From an uncultured Planctomycetales bacterium (lineage in GTDB: Bacteria; Omnitrophota; Gorgyraeia; Zapsychrales; JAHFFX01), in the NCBI GenBank assembly GCA_964620805.1, contig CAZUJQ010000001.1, positions 7,618 to 71,617 of the forward strand: 64,000 bases of DNA. Direction: 5' to 3'. The notes under the pieces were generated by a model. That model was not told the origin of the DNA. It worked only from the letters and a program-made list of their open reading frames with translations, and did not search any database. A program made the position numbers and the translations under genes. Within the stretch, counting starts at the first letter, position 1, and each line of letters opens with the position of its first letter. Shown here piece by piece: positions 48,063 to 57,836 of this stretch.

Positions 48063-48277
48063 AACATAGGACAGGGAGATTATCCAAAGTTACGAGGGGA
48101 TAGCTAATATTTATAGCCATAATCACCATGTTATTGGTTGGACTTATCGAGATACTTAGGATATATGCCCAAAGAGCGCTTGGCACTCCTTTGAGAGATG
48201 CAACTCAAAAAACCTTGAGGAGCGTAAACAAAGAAGAAATGGAAAAGCTTTACAACCAATATTATCTAAAAAGGTGA
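48059..48277 (+). pseudogene. Small prepilin-like gene interrupted by in-frame TAG
   Basis: RBS AAGGAG and GTG coupled to apbE stop; MKHRTGRLSKVTRG*LIFIAIITMLLVGLIEILRIYAQRALG... Confidence 0.45.
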
Positions 48278-48295
48278 CAGGGGGCAGAGTAAGAA

Positions 48296-49111
48296 ATGCA
48301 GCAATACCTCGATTTAGTTAAATATATCTTGGAAAACGGAGAGAGGAAAGAGGACCGCACGGGGACCGGGACCGTCTCCATCTTTGGCTATCAGATGAAA
48401 TTTGATCTACGCAAAGGATTCCCAATCTTGACCACCAAGAAGATCTTGTTTGATGCGGTCCTGCGGGAGCTCTTGTGGTTCCTCAAGGGCTCAACCAATA
48501 TCAATGATGGCTTAAAGCAGTACACCCCCATTTGGAACGCCTGGGCCGACAAAGACGGCGAACTCGGCCCCATTTACGGATACCAGTGGCGCAAATGGGA
48601 GAAGTTCATCTGGGACGACCAGACAAAGATCTATCAAAAACAGCACATCGATCAGCTTAAGATGGCGATCGATACCATTAAGAAAAATCCTCATTCCCGC
48701 CGGATCATGGTGAGCGCCTGGAACGCGGCGGATTTAGACCGGATGGCCCTTCCACCGTGCCATGCCTTTTTTCAGTTTTATGTTGCGGATAACCGCTTAG
48801 ATTGCCAGCTCTATCAGCGCTCGGCGGACGTGGCCTTAGGGTTGCCCTTTAATATTTCCAGTTATGCGCTGCTCCTCACCATAGTGGCCCAGGAGTGCCA
48901 ACTGACTCCCGGGATCTTTGTTCATACGCTGGGAGATGCCCATGTTTATCTGAATCATATCGATAGCCTGAAAACCCAATTGCACAGGAGACCTAAACCC
49001 CTCCCCAAGTTAAAGGCCGCTTCTAAAGGCATCTTTGATTTAACTTTCGAGGACTTTGAATTGATCGGTTATCAGCACGATCCTTTTATTAAATTTCCCA
49101 TCGCCGTTTAA
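48296..49111 (+). CDS. thyA: Thymidylate synthase
   Basis: [42 protein letters not shown]. Confidence 0.97.
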   Translation: MQQYLDLVKYILENGERKEDRTGTGTVSIFGYQMKFDLRKGFPILTTKKILFDAVLRELLWFLKGSTNINDGLKQYTPIWNAWADKDGELGPIYGYQWRKWEKFIWDDQTKIYQKQHIDQLKMAIDTIKKNPHSRRIMVSAWNAADLDRMALPPCHAFFQFYVADNRLDCQLYQRSADVALGLPFNISSYALLLTIVAQECQLTPGIFVHTLGDAHVYLNHIDSLKTQLHRRPKPLPKLKAASKGIFDLTFEDFELIGYQHDPFIKFPIAV

Positions 49112-49786
49112 ATGAGAACCAGTTTCATAACCTTTTTTCAAGAAGGGGGCTGGGCTGTACCCCGTGCTCAAACATCCTCGCTCCCTTCGGTCGCTGCGGA
49201 ACTGCGCGCGGGGCACAGCCCAGCCCCCTTGGAAGACATGGATTATGAAACCGCTTCGAACATCCCCTTTGATATTGTTGTCGCCGTGGACTCAGAAGGC
49301 GGGATAGGAAAGAGGGGGACCCTGCCATGGCATCTGCCGGAGGATTTAAAACACTTTAAGAAACTCACCTTGGCTACAACCGCCGCTGACAAAAAGAATG
49401 TGGTTGTCATGGGCCGGAAAACTTGGCAATCCCTTCCCGAGGCCTTTCGTCCTTTGCCGGGGCGAATCAATGTGGTTTTAACGAGAGATAAAACCCGGGA
49501 GTTTCCTCTTTCTGTGGCAGCAGTTCCTTCCTTCGGGACACTCTTTGAGCACCTCATGTCCATGACAGCGCAATTTGAAAAGGTCTTTGTCATTGGCGGT
49601 GCCGAGGTCTTTAGCCAAGCCCTTCTTCAGCCGAACTGTCAGAAGATCCATCTAACCAAAATCTTTAGGAAATTTGATTGCGACACGTTTTTCCCTTCCT
49701 TGGAAAGCTGGAAAGTCGTTTCCCAGTCCCCGGTTTTTGATGACCATTCGCTTGAGTATTGTTTCAAGGAATATGTGAGAGAGTAG
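49112..49786 (+). CDS. folA: Dihydrofolate reductase with MITE-derived 48-aa N-terminal insert
   Basis: GIGKRGTLPWHLPEDLKHFK, VMGRKTW, RPLPGRINVVL, IGGAEV, DTFFP; alternative start 49238. Confidence 0.93.
   Translation: MRTSFITFFQEGGWAVPRAQTSSLPSVAAELRAGHSPAPLEDMDYETASNIPFDIVVAVDSEGGIGKRGTLPWHLPEDLKHFKKLTLATTAADKKNVVVMGRKTWQSLPEAFRPLPGRINVVLTRDKTREFPLSVAAVPSFGTLFEHLMSMTAQFEKVFVIGGAEVFSQALLQPNCQKIHLTKIFRKFDCDTFFPSLESWKVVSQSPVFDDHSLEYCFKEYVRE
49116..49257. mobile_element. MITE (sibling of 20736-20917) inserted just after folA ATG
   Basis: ga|gaaccagtttcataacc ... ttatgaaaccgcttc|ga; 142+2=144 bp. Confidence 0.82.
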
Positions 49787-49910
49787 CGCCCCATTCTCCC
49801 GAGTTTAGTCGGAAGGAATGGCGTGTCATTTACGATTTTTAAAAAAATGATGGTGGTCTCACACATAAAATGGGGAAATTCCACCATCCTGAACTCCACG
49901 ATCCTTCCCC

Positions 49911-49947
49911 TTGACAACGATGCAAAAATGCCGTACAATTTTGTATC
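49911..49947 (+). promoter_or_regulatory. Promoter and operator of AAA ATPase gene (near-leaderless)
   Basis: TTGACA-17bp-TACAAT (49911-49939); gatgcaaaa/ttttgtatc inverted repeat; ATG at 49948. Confidence 0.7.
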
Positions 49948-51108
49948 ATGGTTAATAGAATCATCCATCTCCCATCCCAACAATCTTTTTTCCTTTTCGG
50001 CCCCCGCCAAACAGGAAAAAGCACTTTGATTGAGTCCAAATATCAAAAGAATATCTGGAGCACTAATTTGCTCTTGAATGATGTTTTTTTTCGCTACTCC
50101 AAAGACCCTTCCCTCTTTCGGAGAGAGGCCGAAGAAAAGATTCAACGCGAAAATATAAAATTTATTTTTATCGATGAAATTCAAAGAGTTCCTGTGCTGC
50201 TCAATGAGATCCAGTTTCTGATGGATAAGTTTGTGGATTGCCAGTTCATTTTAACCGGTTCCAGTGCCAGGAAGTTAAAACAGAGGGGAACTAATCTATT
50301 GGGAGGCCGGGCTGTTGAACGGCACTTGTTTCCGTTTGTTTTTGCGGAGCTCAAGGAAGAGAAATTGGAAGATATCCTTATCTTTGGTTCACTCCCCCCG
50401 TTATTTGGGAAAACAAATCCGCAGAAAATAGATATATTATCTGCGTATGCACATGTTTATTTACGCGAAGAAATACAAAGCGAAGGCCTTGTCCGGAACC
50501 TCGGGTCTTTTTCCAGATTTTTAGATGTGAGCGCCAGCCAGTGCGGTGATCTGCTGAGTTTTTCTGCGATTGCCCGCGAATGCCACTTACCCGTCCGCAC
50601 GGTCCAATCTTACTATGAAATCTTAGAGGACACTTTGATCGGTATCCGGTTGGAGCCTTGGCACAAAAGCCCTCGAAAACGGTTGGTCGGGCATCCAAAA
50701 TTTTATTTTTTTGACCTGGGAGTGACCAATGCGATTAATAAACGCTTGACGGGAATCTTAGACCGTGAGCTGAAAGGGCGGCTTTTCGAGCAATGGATGG
50801 TGTTAGAAACTTACCGCATGATTGAATATTCCAAGAACGAGGCGAATATTTATTTTTGGCGGACGAATCACGGCGCTGAAGTGGACTTGCTTATCGAAAG
50901 GCATGGGAAGATTCAGCACGCTTTAGAAATTAAATTTACTGAGAATATCAGCGGCGCTCATTTATCTGGTCTGCGGGCTTTTCAGGAGGATTACCCCCGG
51001 ACGCCATGTTTTGTCGTTTGTACTGCCCCCAACGCCTATGAGCTTGATCGGGTCAAAATTCTTCCCTGGCAGAAATATCTCGAAAGAATTGAGGACTTTA
51101 TTTCCTGA
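49948..51108 (+). CDS. AAA_14 ATPase with DUF4143 and C-terminal PD-(D/E)xK-like domain
   Basis: FGPRQTGKST, FIDEIQR, LTGSSARKL, PKFYFFD.G, EVDLLIE..ALEIK. Confidence 0.9.
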   Translation: MVNRIIHLPSQQSFFLFGPRQTGKSTLIESKYQKNIWSTNLLLNDVFFRYSKDPSLFRREAEEKIQRENIKFIFIDEIQRVPVLLNEIQFLMDKFVDCQFILTGSSARKLKQRGTNLLGGRAVERHLFPFVFAELKEEKLEDILIFGSLPPLFGKTNPQKIDILSAYAHVYLREEIQSEGLVRNLGSFSRFLDVSASQCGDLLSFSAIARECHLPVRTVQSYYEILEDTLIGIRLEPWHKSPRKRLVGHPKFYFFDLGVTNAINKRLTGILDRELKGRLFEQWMVLETYRMIEYSKNEANIYFWRTNHGAEVDLLIERHGKIQHALEIKFTENISGAHLSGLRAFQEDYPRTPCFVVCTAPNAYELDRVKILPWQKYLERIEDFIS

Positions 51109-51142
51109 GTTTTGAAATGGGTGCTAAAAGGAGCGGGCTTGC

Positions 51143-51528
51143 CTATTTGATTTGAATCATATTGCCCGTTTTGGCGTTGTTGGTTTCATTGCTCTCTTTG
51201 ATGAGACTGGTGGAATCGGCAATGGCTCCGACATAATAGGAGCCAGGGGCGAGCCACCAGGGAATCCACACGCTGGTCTGGGCCAGGCTGCTGACCCCGG
51301 GCGCCAGGCTCGAGACGGTGCGGCTGCCGAGGGGCTGATCGCTGGGCGTGATCGTCGCATCCTGGGAGAGGTAGAGCCCCACGGAGAAGCTCCCGGCTGC
51401 AGCCGTCCCCTGGTTGCGCGCACCCTCGTGCTCACGGTGATCGTTGAGCCCCGGGCGGCTTTTGTGGGGTTGCTGACAGTCGGCATCACCAGATCCGGCA
51501 GGGGGACATCCTGCATGGTAATCCTCAT
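51143..51528 (-). pseudogene. Frameshifted CARDB-domain fragment
   Basis: PDLV..TITVSTRVR joins NQGTAAAGSFSVGLYLS..YYVGAIAD..ESNETNN if 2 nt are removed from GCGCGC at 51416-51421. Confidence 0.75.
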
Positions 51529-51559
51529 CGCATTACTCGTCTTTATTGTTGGCCTTTAG

Positions 51560-52725
51560 TTAACGCCGTTTGTGCCGCTTAAAAAATTCCCAGACCACAT
51601 GGGTGGCTTTATACTCTCCGTAGAACGGTGCCCCTCCCAGCCAAGGGTTGCCTCCCACCCAGATGTGGCCACCGAGGAACCCAGAACCTGTTGTTGCATC
51701 GAAGACATCCAGAAGCGTATCTGCCCTGCCCTTCGGATTTGCTCCGCAACCATAGGCGGTAGTCTCGGTTAACACACCCCAACCCGTTCTCCCCGTGGAG
51801 ATGGCAGCCGACATCCTATCGCAACCGTTTTCTCGTGCTATATCGGAGGAGCGTTTCCGGAAGAGCCTGTTGACTTCCTCAACGTCGACCGATCTCTTGC
51901 AGAACGCCGTCAAGACCATCGGGAAGGCGGTATCGTTGTTAGAGACGATCATCCGCATAGGCACCGGATCGTGCCGAAGGGCGGGACAACTGTAGGTTTC
52001 TTCACATATATCGGACCATGGCAGTGGCATGGCCGACACCGGCGCGATCGCGGCGATCTTATGCATGCCCAACTCACCGCTGGCGCTTGCGCACGCCAAG
52101 CGAACCGACATACAGCCTCCGCTTGAGTAGCCTGTTGCGTAGATTTGGCGGCGGTCGAAGCACACACGCGAATCTAAGGTATCAAGCAGGAGCCTGATGA
52201 ACTCTAGGTCATCGTAGCCAGAATCTCTCACCCATTGCGAGGTGACCGTCCAAGCCGGCGTCTGCGTTCCATCGGGATTCTTGGCCCAGAGCGCATCCGG
52301 GTGCACGACAATGAAGCCCTCGAGATTCGCCTTCTCGGTCATGCCGGTGTAGAGGTTTTGGAGGAAGCCCCCATTCCACATCGCATGGAGGTTCAGGATG
52401 ACCGGCAGTGGCCTGCCCGAGGAGTGCTGGGGGGGGGCACATGCACGGCGTAGGTGCGCCACACCAGCGTCCCATCGGTTTTCCGTTGCATAATCGGCCA
52501 GTTCAAATGGGTATAGTCACCTGGTGGAAGCCGATCGCTTCTCACGCAGGCAATTGAGGTCGGTCCGTTCCTATCAGAGGGGATTGATTCAGCGGCCTAG
52601 GCCGTGGACAAGCAGGAGACCGCCAGAAAAATCCCCACAAAAAGAATCCCTCGCACAAACGAGGGACGGTCTTTGAGCCAGTCCGTGAGGGTGCTCCAGG
52701 TGGAGTTACAATATCGGGGGTTCAT
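51560..52725 (-). pseudogene. Secreted PHB-depolymerase/LpqC-family esterase, disrupted
   Basis: GYSSGG nucleophile, GFIVVHP, GGHIW; in-frame TAG at 52597-52599 and C9 frameshift at 52429-52437 separate signal peptide and RTYAVHVP from the rest. Confidence 0.75.
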
Positions 52726-53059
52726 GAGTTTAAAGTGATTTTGTTTCTTAATCATAATCAAGAGAAAGTAAATCATGCTTTGGGAGCTTGTCAAGAGGCA
52801 GAGTTGCTATAAAGCGCTTTCTTTTCAACCCAGGAGCGGGAAAACCATTCTTCTCGTTTAATATCATCAAGAATATTATTCTATGAAAGCGTTTTCCGGC
52901 GGATTTTTCCGTCGAGCATAATCATGGCCCAAGAGATTTCTACTTTTTTTAGAGAGGTTTTTCATTTATACTTTAAGTGTCTTATATTCATACACTGGAC
53001 TCCTCATTGCGCACCTTGTTGTATCGGAATTTCAAAAAGGTTATGGCGATACAACAACT

Positions 53060-53198
53060 GTAGGGGGTTTGGGGGATTGCAGGCAATCCCCCAAGGGGTG
53101 ACAGCGAAGAAATGCGACGGAAAGGAGCATTTCTGAGCGCCATAGGGGCGAAGCCCCTGTGGAAGATAGTGCCGAACGAAGTGAGGCCTATCTTGGAG
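53060..53198. other. Multi-hairpin structured segment directly upstream of REC-EAL gene
   Basis: Four consecutive stems: 53069-53094, 53108-53134, 53140-53162, 53163-53194. Confidence 0.55.
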
Positions 53199-53204
53199 AA
53201 GCCC

Positions 53205-54392
53205 ATGATCATGATGGATAAAGTCACCGGCAAAAAACGCATCCTGATCGTTGATGACGATCCGAATGTCACCCAGATGCTGGCAACGCTCCTTCAGATG
53301 AAAGGCTACGAAGTGGATGTGGCCGCCACCGGCCAGGAGGCCATCAAAAAAGCCTCCTCTTCCAATGTGGATCTCATCCTTTTGGACCTGATCCTTCCTG
53401 ATCTCGAAGGTTTTGAAGTCTGCCGTTATTTAAAGGGGGAAAAAGCCACCCTCCATATCCCGGTTATTATTGTCAGCGCCCGGTATTTGTTTGAGGACAA
53501 GGTGGAAGGGTTGCACCTCGGGGCCGACGATTATGTGACCAAACCTTTTGAGAATGAGGAATTGTTTGCCCGGATGGAAGCCGTTATGCGCCGGCGGTTA
53601 TTTTTTAATCTGGATCAATCAAAGGACGGCAAGGAAAAGATCATCCTGGAATTAAGGAAGATCATTGATCAAGAACTGATCGAATCGTTTTTTCAGCCGA
53701 TCTATTTGTTGAAACCCTTTAAGCTCCTCGGTCTCGAGGTCCTCACCCGGCCTTTGACCCAGACGATCTTATCCAATCCAGAGCTGCTTTTTAAGGCCGC
53801 TTTGCAATTTGGATTCTACTGTGATCTGGAGATGCTCGCTTGGAAGAAGGCCCTCAGGTTTATTTCCCAGCATCCCCTCTCTGAGGCCAAGATCTTTCTG
53901 AACTGTAACCCCTACCTTGTGGAAGGGCATAAATTCCTGAAGATCAAATCTGTTTTTGATGAGAACCATATCGATGTCGAAAAGGTCGTTCTGGAGATCA
54001 CCGAGCGCTCCGCGATCAAAGATTTTAAAACCTTCTATGAACATCTCAAATATTTTAAAGATCAAGGTTTTGGGGTGGCCGTGGACGATGTGGGGGGCGG
54101 GTATGCGAGCCTGGAGTCCATCGTTGAAACCCAACCCGATGTGGTCAAGATTGACCGCCACATCATCTCAGATTTGAAAAGAGACATCTTTCGAAGAAGC
54201 ATCGTCAAATTTATCGTTTCTTTCTGCAAGGAAAACCAAATCATCTCCGTTGCGGAAGGCATAGAAACCCGCCGGGATCTGGATGCCGTGATTGATTTGG
54301 GCGTTGATGCCGGCCAGGGATACTTTTTGTATCGGCCCACCACCCAGATCAATCTGAAAGATATCTCCCAAAAATCCCTTTCCAAGAACTAA
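53205..54392 (+). CDS. Response regulator receiver + EAL c-di-GMP phosphodiesterase
   Basis: ILIVDDD, LLDLILP, ADDYVTKP; EVL, VLEITE, DDVGGGYAS, VKID, AEGIE, QGY. Confidence 0.92.
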   Translation: MIMMDKVTGKKRILIVDDDPNVTQMLATLLQMKGYEVDVAATGQEAIKKASSSNVDLILLDLILPDLEGFEVCRYLKGEKATLHIPVIIVSARYLFEDKVEGLHLGADDYVTKPFENEELFARMEAVMRRRLFFNLDQSKDGKEKIILELRKIIDQELIESFFQPIYLLKPFKLLGLEVLTRPLTQTILSNPELLFKAALQFGFYCDLEMLAWKKALRFISQHPLSEAKIFLNCNPYLVEGHKFLKIKSVFDENHIDVEKVVLEITERSAIKDFKTFYEHLKYFKDQGFGVAVDDVGGGYASLESIVETQPDVVKIDRHIISDLKRDIFRRSIVKFIVSFCKENQIISVAEGIETRRDLDAVIDLGVDAGQGYFLYRPTTQINLKDISQKSLSKN

Positions 54393-54535
54393 TACAAACG
54401 TCTTTAATAATTTGGCATGAGTCATTGCGAGCGACCGTAGGGAGCGAAGCAATCCTATTGTCGACAGAAAAGATTGCTTCGTCGCTCCTTTCAGTCGCTC
54501 CTCGCAATGACACTTTCATTGTGACGTTTGTATTA
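54390..54535. mobile_element. MITE-like element with TAATACAAACGTC TIR and GTCATTGCGAG core
   Basis: taatacaaacgtc / gacgtttgtatta; supplies the TAA stop of the EAL gene. Confidence 0.8.
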
Positions 54536-54597
54536 AAATCGCGTCTTCTTTGTTTCATTTTGAAAATTCGCGCCTTAAAGGCTATAATGAAGGCGCT

Positions 54598-56565
54598 ATG
54601 AATCCTTTCCCACAAACCCCATCCCCACAGATCAACTCCCCGGCAAAGACTTCTGCCATTCTCCACGGCAAAAGCCTCCTTTCCAATGAGGATATTTATC
54701 TTTTTAGATCCGGCGCTCATTTTCGACTCTATAACAAACTCGGCAGTCAACGGATCCATGCCGATGGCGTGGAGGGGGTGCATTTCGCCGTCTGGGCCCC
54801 CAATGCCCAAGGTGTTTCGGTGGTGGGGGATTTCAATGGATGGGATCCTCAGGCCCATCCCTTGGCCGTCCGCTGGGACAGCTCCGGAATCTGGGAGGGG
54901 TTCATCCCTCATGTCAGAAAGGGATCGCTTTATAAATATCACATTATCTCTCAACACAACAATTTCCAAGCCCAGAAAATAGACCCCTTTGCCTTTTGGT
55001 CGGAGGTCCCTCCGAAGACGGCCTCGATTGTGTGGGACCTGGATTATGAATGGCATGATGATCGCTGGATGGAGGAACGTCATCGGCATAATGGTCTTCA
55101 TGCCCCTATTTCGATTTATGAGATGCATTTGGGATCATGGCGGCGTAAAGTGGAAGAGAATAACCGGTGCCTTTCTTACCGGGAGATTGCCAGTCATCTT
55201 ATCGATTATCTTAAGGAAATGGGTTATACGCATGTTGAGTTTATGCCGGTGATGGCTCATCCTTTTTATGGCTCCTGGGGCTATCAGACCATTGGGTATT
55301 TTGCCCCAAGCCCCCGCTATGGGGCCCCTCAGGATCTCATGCATTTGATGGACCGCCTTCACCAAAATGGAATCGGCGTGATTTTGGACTGGGTTCCCTC
55401 CCATTTTCCTTCGGATGGACACGGGTTGGTTTATTTTGACGGAACCCACCTTTATGAGCATGCGGATCCTAAGAAGGGATTCCATCCCGACTGGAAAAGT
55501 TATATCTTTAATCATGGCCGCAGTGAAGTGGCGGAATTTTTAGTTTCGAGCGCCTTGTTTTGGCTGGACAAATATCATGCCGACGGCCTGCGCGTGGATG
55601 CCGTGGCTTCTATGCTTTATCTCGATTATTCCCGAGGAGAAGGAGAGTGGATCCCCAATGAGCACGGGGGCCGGGAAAACCTGGAGGCCATCCGTTTCCT
55701 GAAGCGCTTGAACGAAGCGGTCTATGAATTCTATCCCGATTGTCAGATGATCGCCGAGGAGTCCACCGCGTGGCCCATGGTCTCCAAACCCACTTATGTG
55801 GGCGGCCTGGGGTTCGGCATGAAATGGAACATGGGCTGGATGCACGACACCTTGGTTTATTTCTCCAAAGATCCTGTTCATAGAAAGTACCATCATAATG
55901 ATTTGACCTTCAGCATGCTGTATGCCTTTACCGAAAATTTTGTCCTGCCGCTTTCCCACGATGAGGTGGTCCACGGAAAAGGAGCTCTTTTGTCTAAGAT
56001 GCCCGGAGATGATTGGCGGAAGTTTGCGAATCTGCGGCTTTTGTATGGGTACATGTATGCTCACCCGGGGAAAAAATTATTTTTTATGGGAGGGGAAATC
56101 GGGCAGCGCTGGGAATGGGACCATGAGAAGAGTTTAGACTGGCACCTGCTGCAATACCCCCCTCATCAGGCGATTCAGCGCTGGGTCAAGGATTTGAACC
56201 GCTTGTATAGGGAGACCAAGGCCTTATACGAGGATGATTTCTCCTGCCGGGGATTCGAATGGATCGATTGCAGTGATTGGGAGCAGGGGGTTTTGAGTTT
56301 CCTTCGCAAAACCTCTTTTGGCCAGGAGAAGATCCTCGTGGTCTGTAATTTTACGCCGGTGGTACGCTTTAATTATCAGGTGGGGGTCCCGGATCCCGGA
56401 TTCTGGAAAGAGGTCTTGAATAGCGACGCCAGCGTGTATGGGGGAAGCAACCAGGGAAATGGGGGCGGGATCGTTTCTCAACCGAAGCCCTGTCATGGAA
56501 GAAATTTTTCCTTGGCCTTGACTCTGCCTCCCTTGGCCGTCATCTTTCTTAAGCGCCAGGAATAG
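54598..56565 (+). CDS. glgB: 1,4-alpha-glucan branching enzyme (GH13)
   Basis: [53 protein letters not shown]. Confidence 0.96.
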   Translation: MNPFPQTPSPQINSPAKTSAILHGKSLLSNEDIYLFRSGAHFRLYNKLGSQRIHADGVEGVHFAVWAPNAQGVSVVGDFNGWDPQAHPLAVRWDSSGIWEGFIPHVRKGSLYKYHIISQHNNFQAQKIDPFAFWSEVPPKTASIVWDLDYEWHDDRWMEERHRHNGLHAPISIYEMHLGSWRRKVEENNRCLSYREIASHLIDYLKEMGYTHVEFMPVMAHPFYGSWGYQTIGYFAPSPRYGAPQDLMHLMDRLHQNGIGVILDWVPSHFPSDGHGLVYFDGTHLYEHADPKKGFHPDWKSYIFNHGRSEVAEFLVSSALFWLDKYHADGLRVDAVASMLYLDYSRGEGEWIPNEHGGRENLEAIRFLKRLNEAVYEFYPDCQMIAEESTAWPMVSKPTYVGGLGFGMKWNMGWMHDTLVYFSKDPVHRKYHHNDLTFSMLYAFTENFVLPLSHDEVVHGKGALLSKMPGDDWRKFANLRLLYGYMYAHPGKKLFFMGGEIGQRWEWDHEKSLDWHLLQYPPHQAIQRWVKDLNRLYRETKALYEDDFSCRGFEWIDCSDWEQGVLSFLRKTSFGQEKILVVCNFTPVVRFNYQVGVPDPGFWKEVLNSDASVYGGSNQGNGGGIVSQPKPCHGRNFSLALTLPPLAVIFLKRQE

Positions 56566-56596
56566 AAAAAACATTGCGGGGAGGTGAGGGAAGGTG

Positions 56597-56625
56597 TTGA
56601 CAGATAAAAGCATTTGCTGTAACAT
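56597..56625 (+). promoter_or_regulatory. Putative sigma70 promoter
   Basis: TTGACA-17bp-TAACAT. Confidence 0.55.
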
Positions 56626-56660
56626 TCCTTTGCCTATTCAAGGGAATCGAGATTCAACCT

Positions 56661-57821
56661 ATGCGTATAGCCATTTTTGCTTGGGAGTCCTTGCAGTCGA
56701 TCAGCGTGGGGGGCATCGCCCTTCACGTCAGCGAACTAAGTTGTGCCCTCCAGCGCAAAGGCCACGACGTCCATGTTTTTACCCGTCTGGGTTACCCCAA
56801 CCATCCTTATTATGAATGCATCCACGGTGTTCATTATCACCGCTGTCCGTATCCCTTCTCCTCGGATTTCATTGAAGACGTCAACAATATGTGCCGTTCG
56901 TTCGTCCAAAGCTTCTTTGCCACCGAGGATTATATCGGGCCTTTTGATATCATCCACGCCCATGACTGGCTGACGTCCAATGCCGTTGTATGGATCAAGG
57001 AGGCCAGAAGACACAAGGCGATTATGACGTTTCATTCCACCGAATATGGACGCTGCGGAAACAATTTTTTCGATGGGAATTCCGCCAGAATCCGGGATCA
57101 CGAAAGGCACGGCTCTTATTGTGCGGACCGCGTGGTTACGGTTTCCCAGGCCCTTAAGGACGAGGTCATGTGGATGTATAATCTTCCCGATGGGAAAGTA
57201 TCCGTTATCTACAATGGGGTCACTTGCCAGAATTATAACGGATGGATTGATCCGGGGGCGGTGCGCCGGTTCTATGATATCGGCCCTTGGGATCCCCTGG
57301 TCTTATTTGTGGGGCGGATCGTTTATCAGAAAGGCCCGGATCTTCTCATTGAGGCGGCGCCTCATGTTTTGAAATATTATCCCCACGCCAAGTTTGTTTT
57401 TGTGGGAGACGGCGAGATGCGCTGGGGAACGGAACGCCGGGCCCAGGAAATGGGGATTGGGCCCGCGGTGCGGTTTTTAGGATACCGTAACGGCTGGGGT
57501 TTGGTGGACCTTTTTAAAGCCTGCGATGTGGTCTGTGTCCCCAGCCGCAATGAGCCTTTCGGGATCGTCATTCTGGAGGCCTGGAGCGCGGGAAAGCCGG
57601 TCGTGGCCTCCTCGATCGGGGGACCGGCCGAGATTGTCTGGCATGACGTGACGGGTCTCAAAATCCATCCGGATGCGGATTCCGTGGCCTGGGGGGTTGG
57701 AACCATTTTTCAAGATTTTGAGCACGCCCGTTGGATGGGGCATAATGGCCGGATTGCCGTAGAGACCGCGTTCTCCTGGGACGCCATTGCGGATCATGTT
57801 CTGGATGTTTATACCTCATAA
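56661..57821 (+). CDS. GT4 glycosyltransferase (glycogen synthase-like)
   Basis: WE..VGG, HAHDW, HSTEYGR, GRIVYQKG, PSRNEPFGIVILEAW. Confidence 0.9.
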   Translation: MRIAIFAWESLQSISVGGIALHVSELSCALQRKGHDVHVFTRLGYPNHPYYECIHGVHYHRCPYPFSSDFIEDVNNMCRSFVQSFFATEDYIGPFDIIHAHDWLTSNAVVWIKEARRHKAIMTFHSTEYGRCGNNFFDGNSARIRDHERHGSYCADRVVTVSQALKDEVMWMYNLPDGKVSVIYNGVTCQNYNGWIDPGAVRRFYDIGPWDPLVLFVGRIVYQKGPDLLIEAAPHVLKYYPHAKFVFVGDGEMRWGTERRAQEMGIGPAVRFLGYRNGWGLVDLFKACDVVCVPSRNEPFGIVILEAWSAGKPVVASSIGGPAEIVWHDVTGLKIHPDADSVAWGVGTIFQDFEHARWMGHNGRIAVETAFSWDAIADHVLDVYTS

Positions 57822-57836
57822 GAGAGGAGACTAAAG

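Noticed and set aside
34007-48107. Shared 12-mer GGGGATAGCTAA at 34007 and 48096
   Set aside because: Only two short copies in different contexts (promoter spacer versus coding remnant); could be chance.
48101-52599. Amber readthrough or recoding suggested by two in-frame TAG codons (48101, 52597)
   Set aside because: TAG is used as a normal stop in this window (e.g. 3569, 39009, 56565), no pyl genes are present, and one locus has other lesions.
53112-53204. 31-aa N-terminal extension of the REC-EAL protein
   Set aside because: Runs through hairpin sequence; RBS supports 53205.
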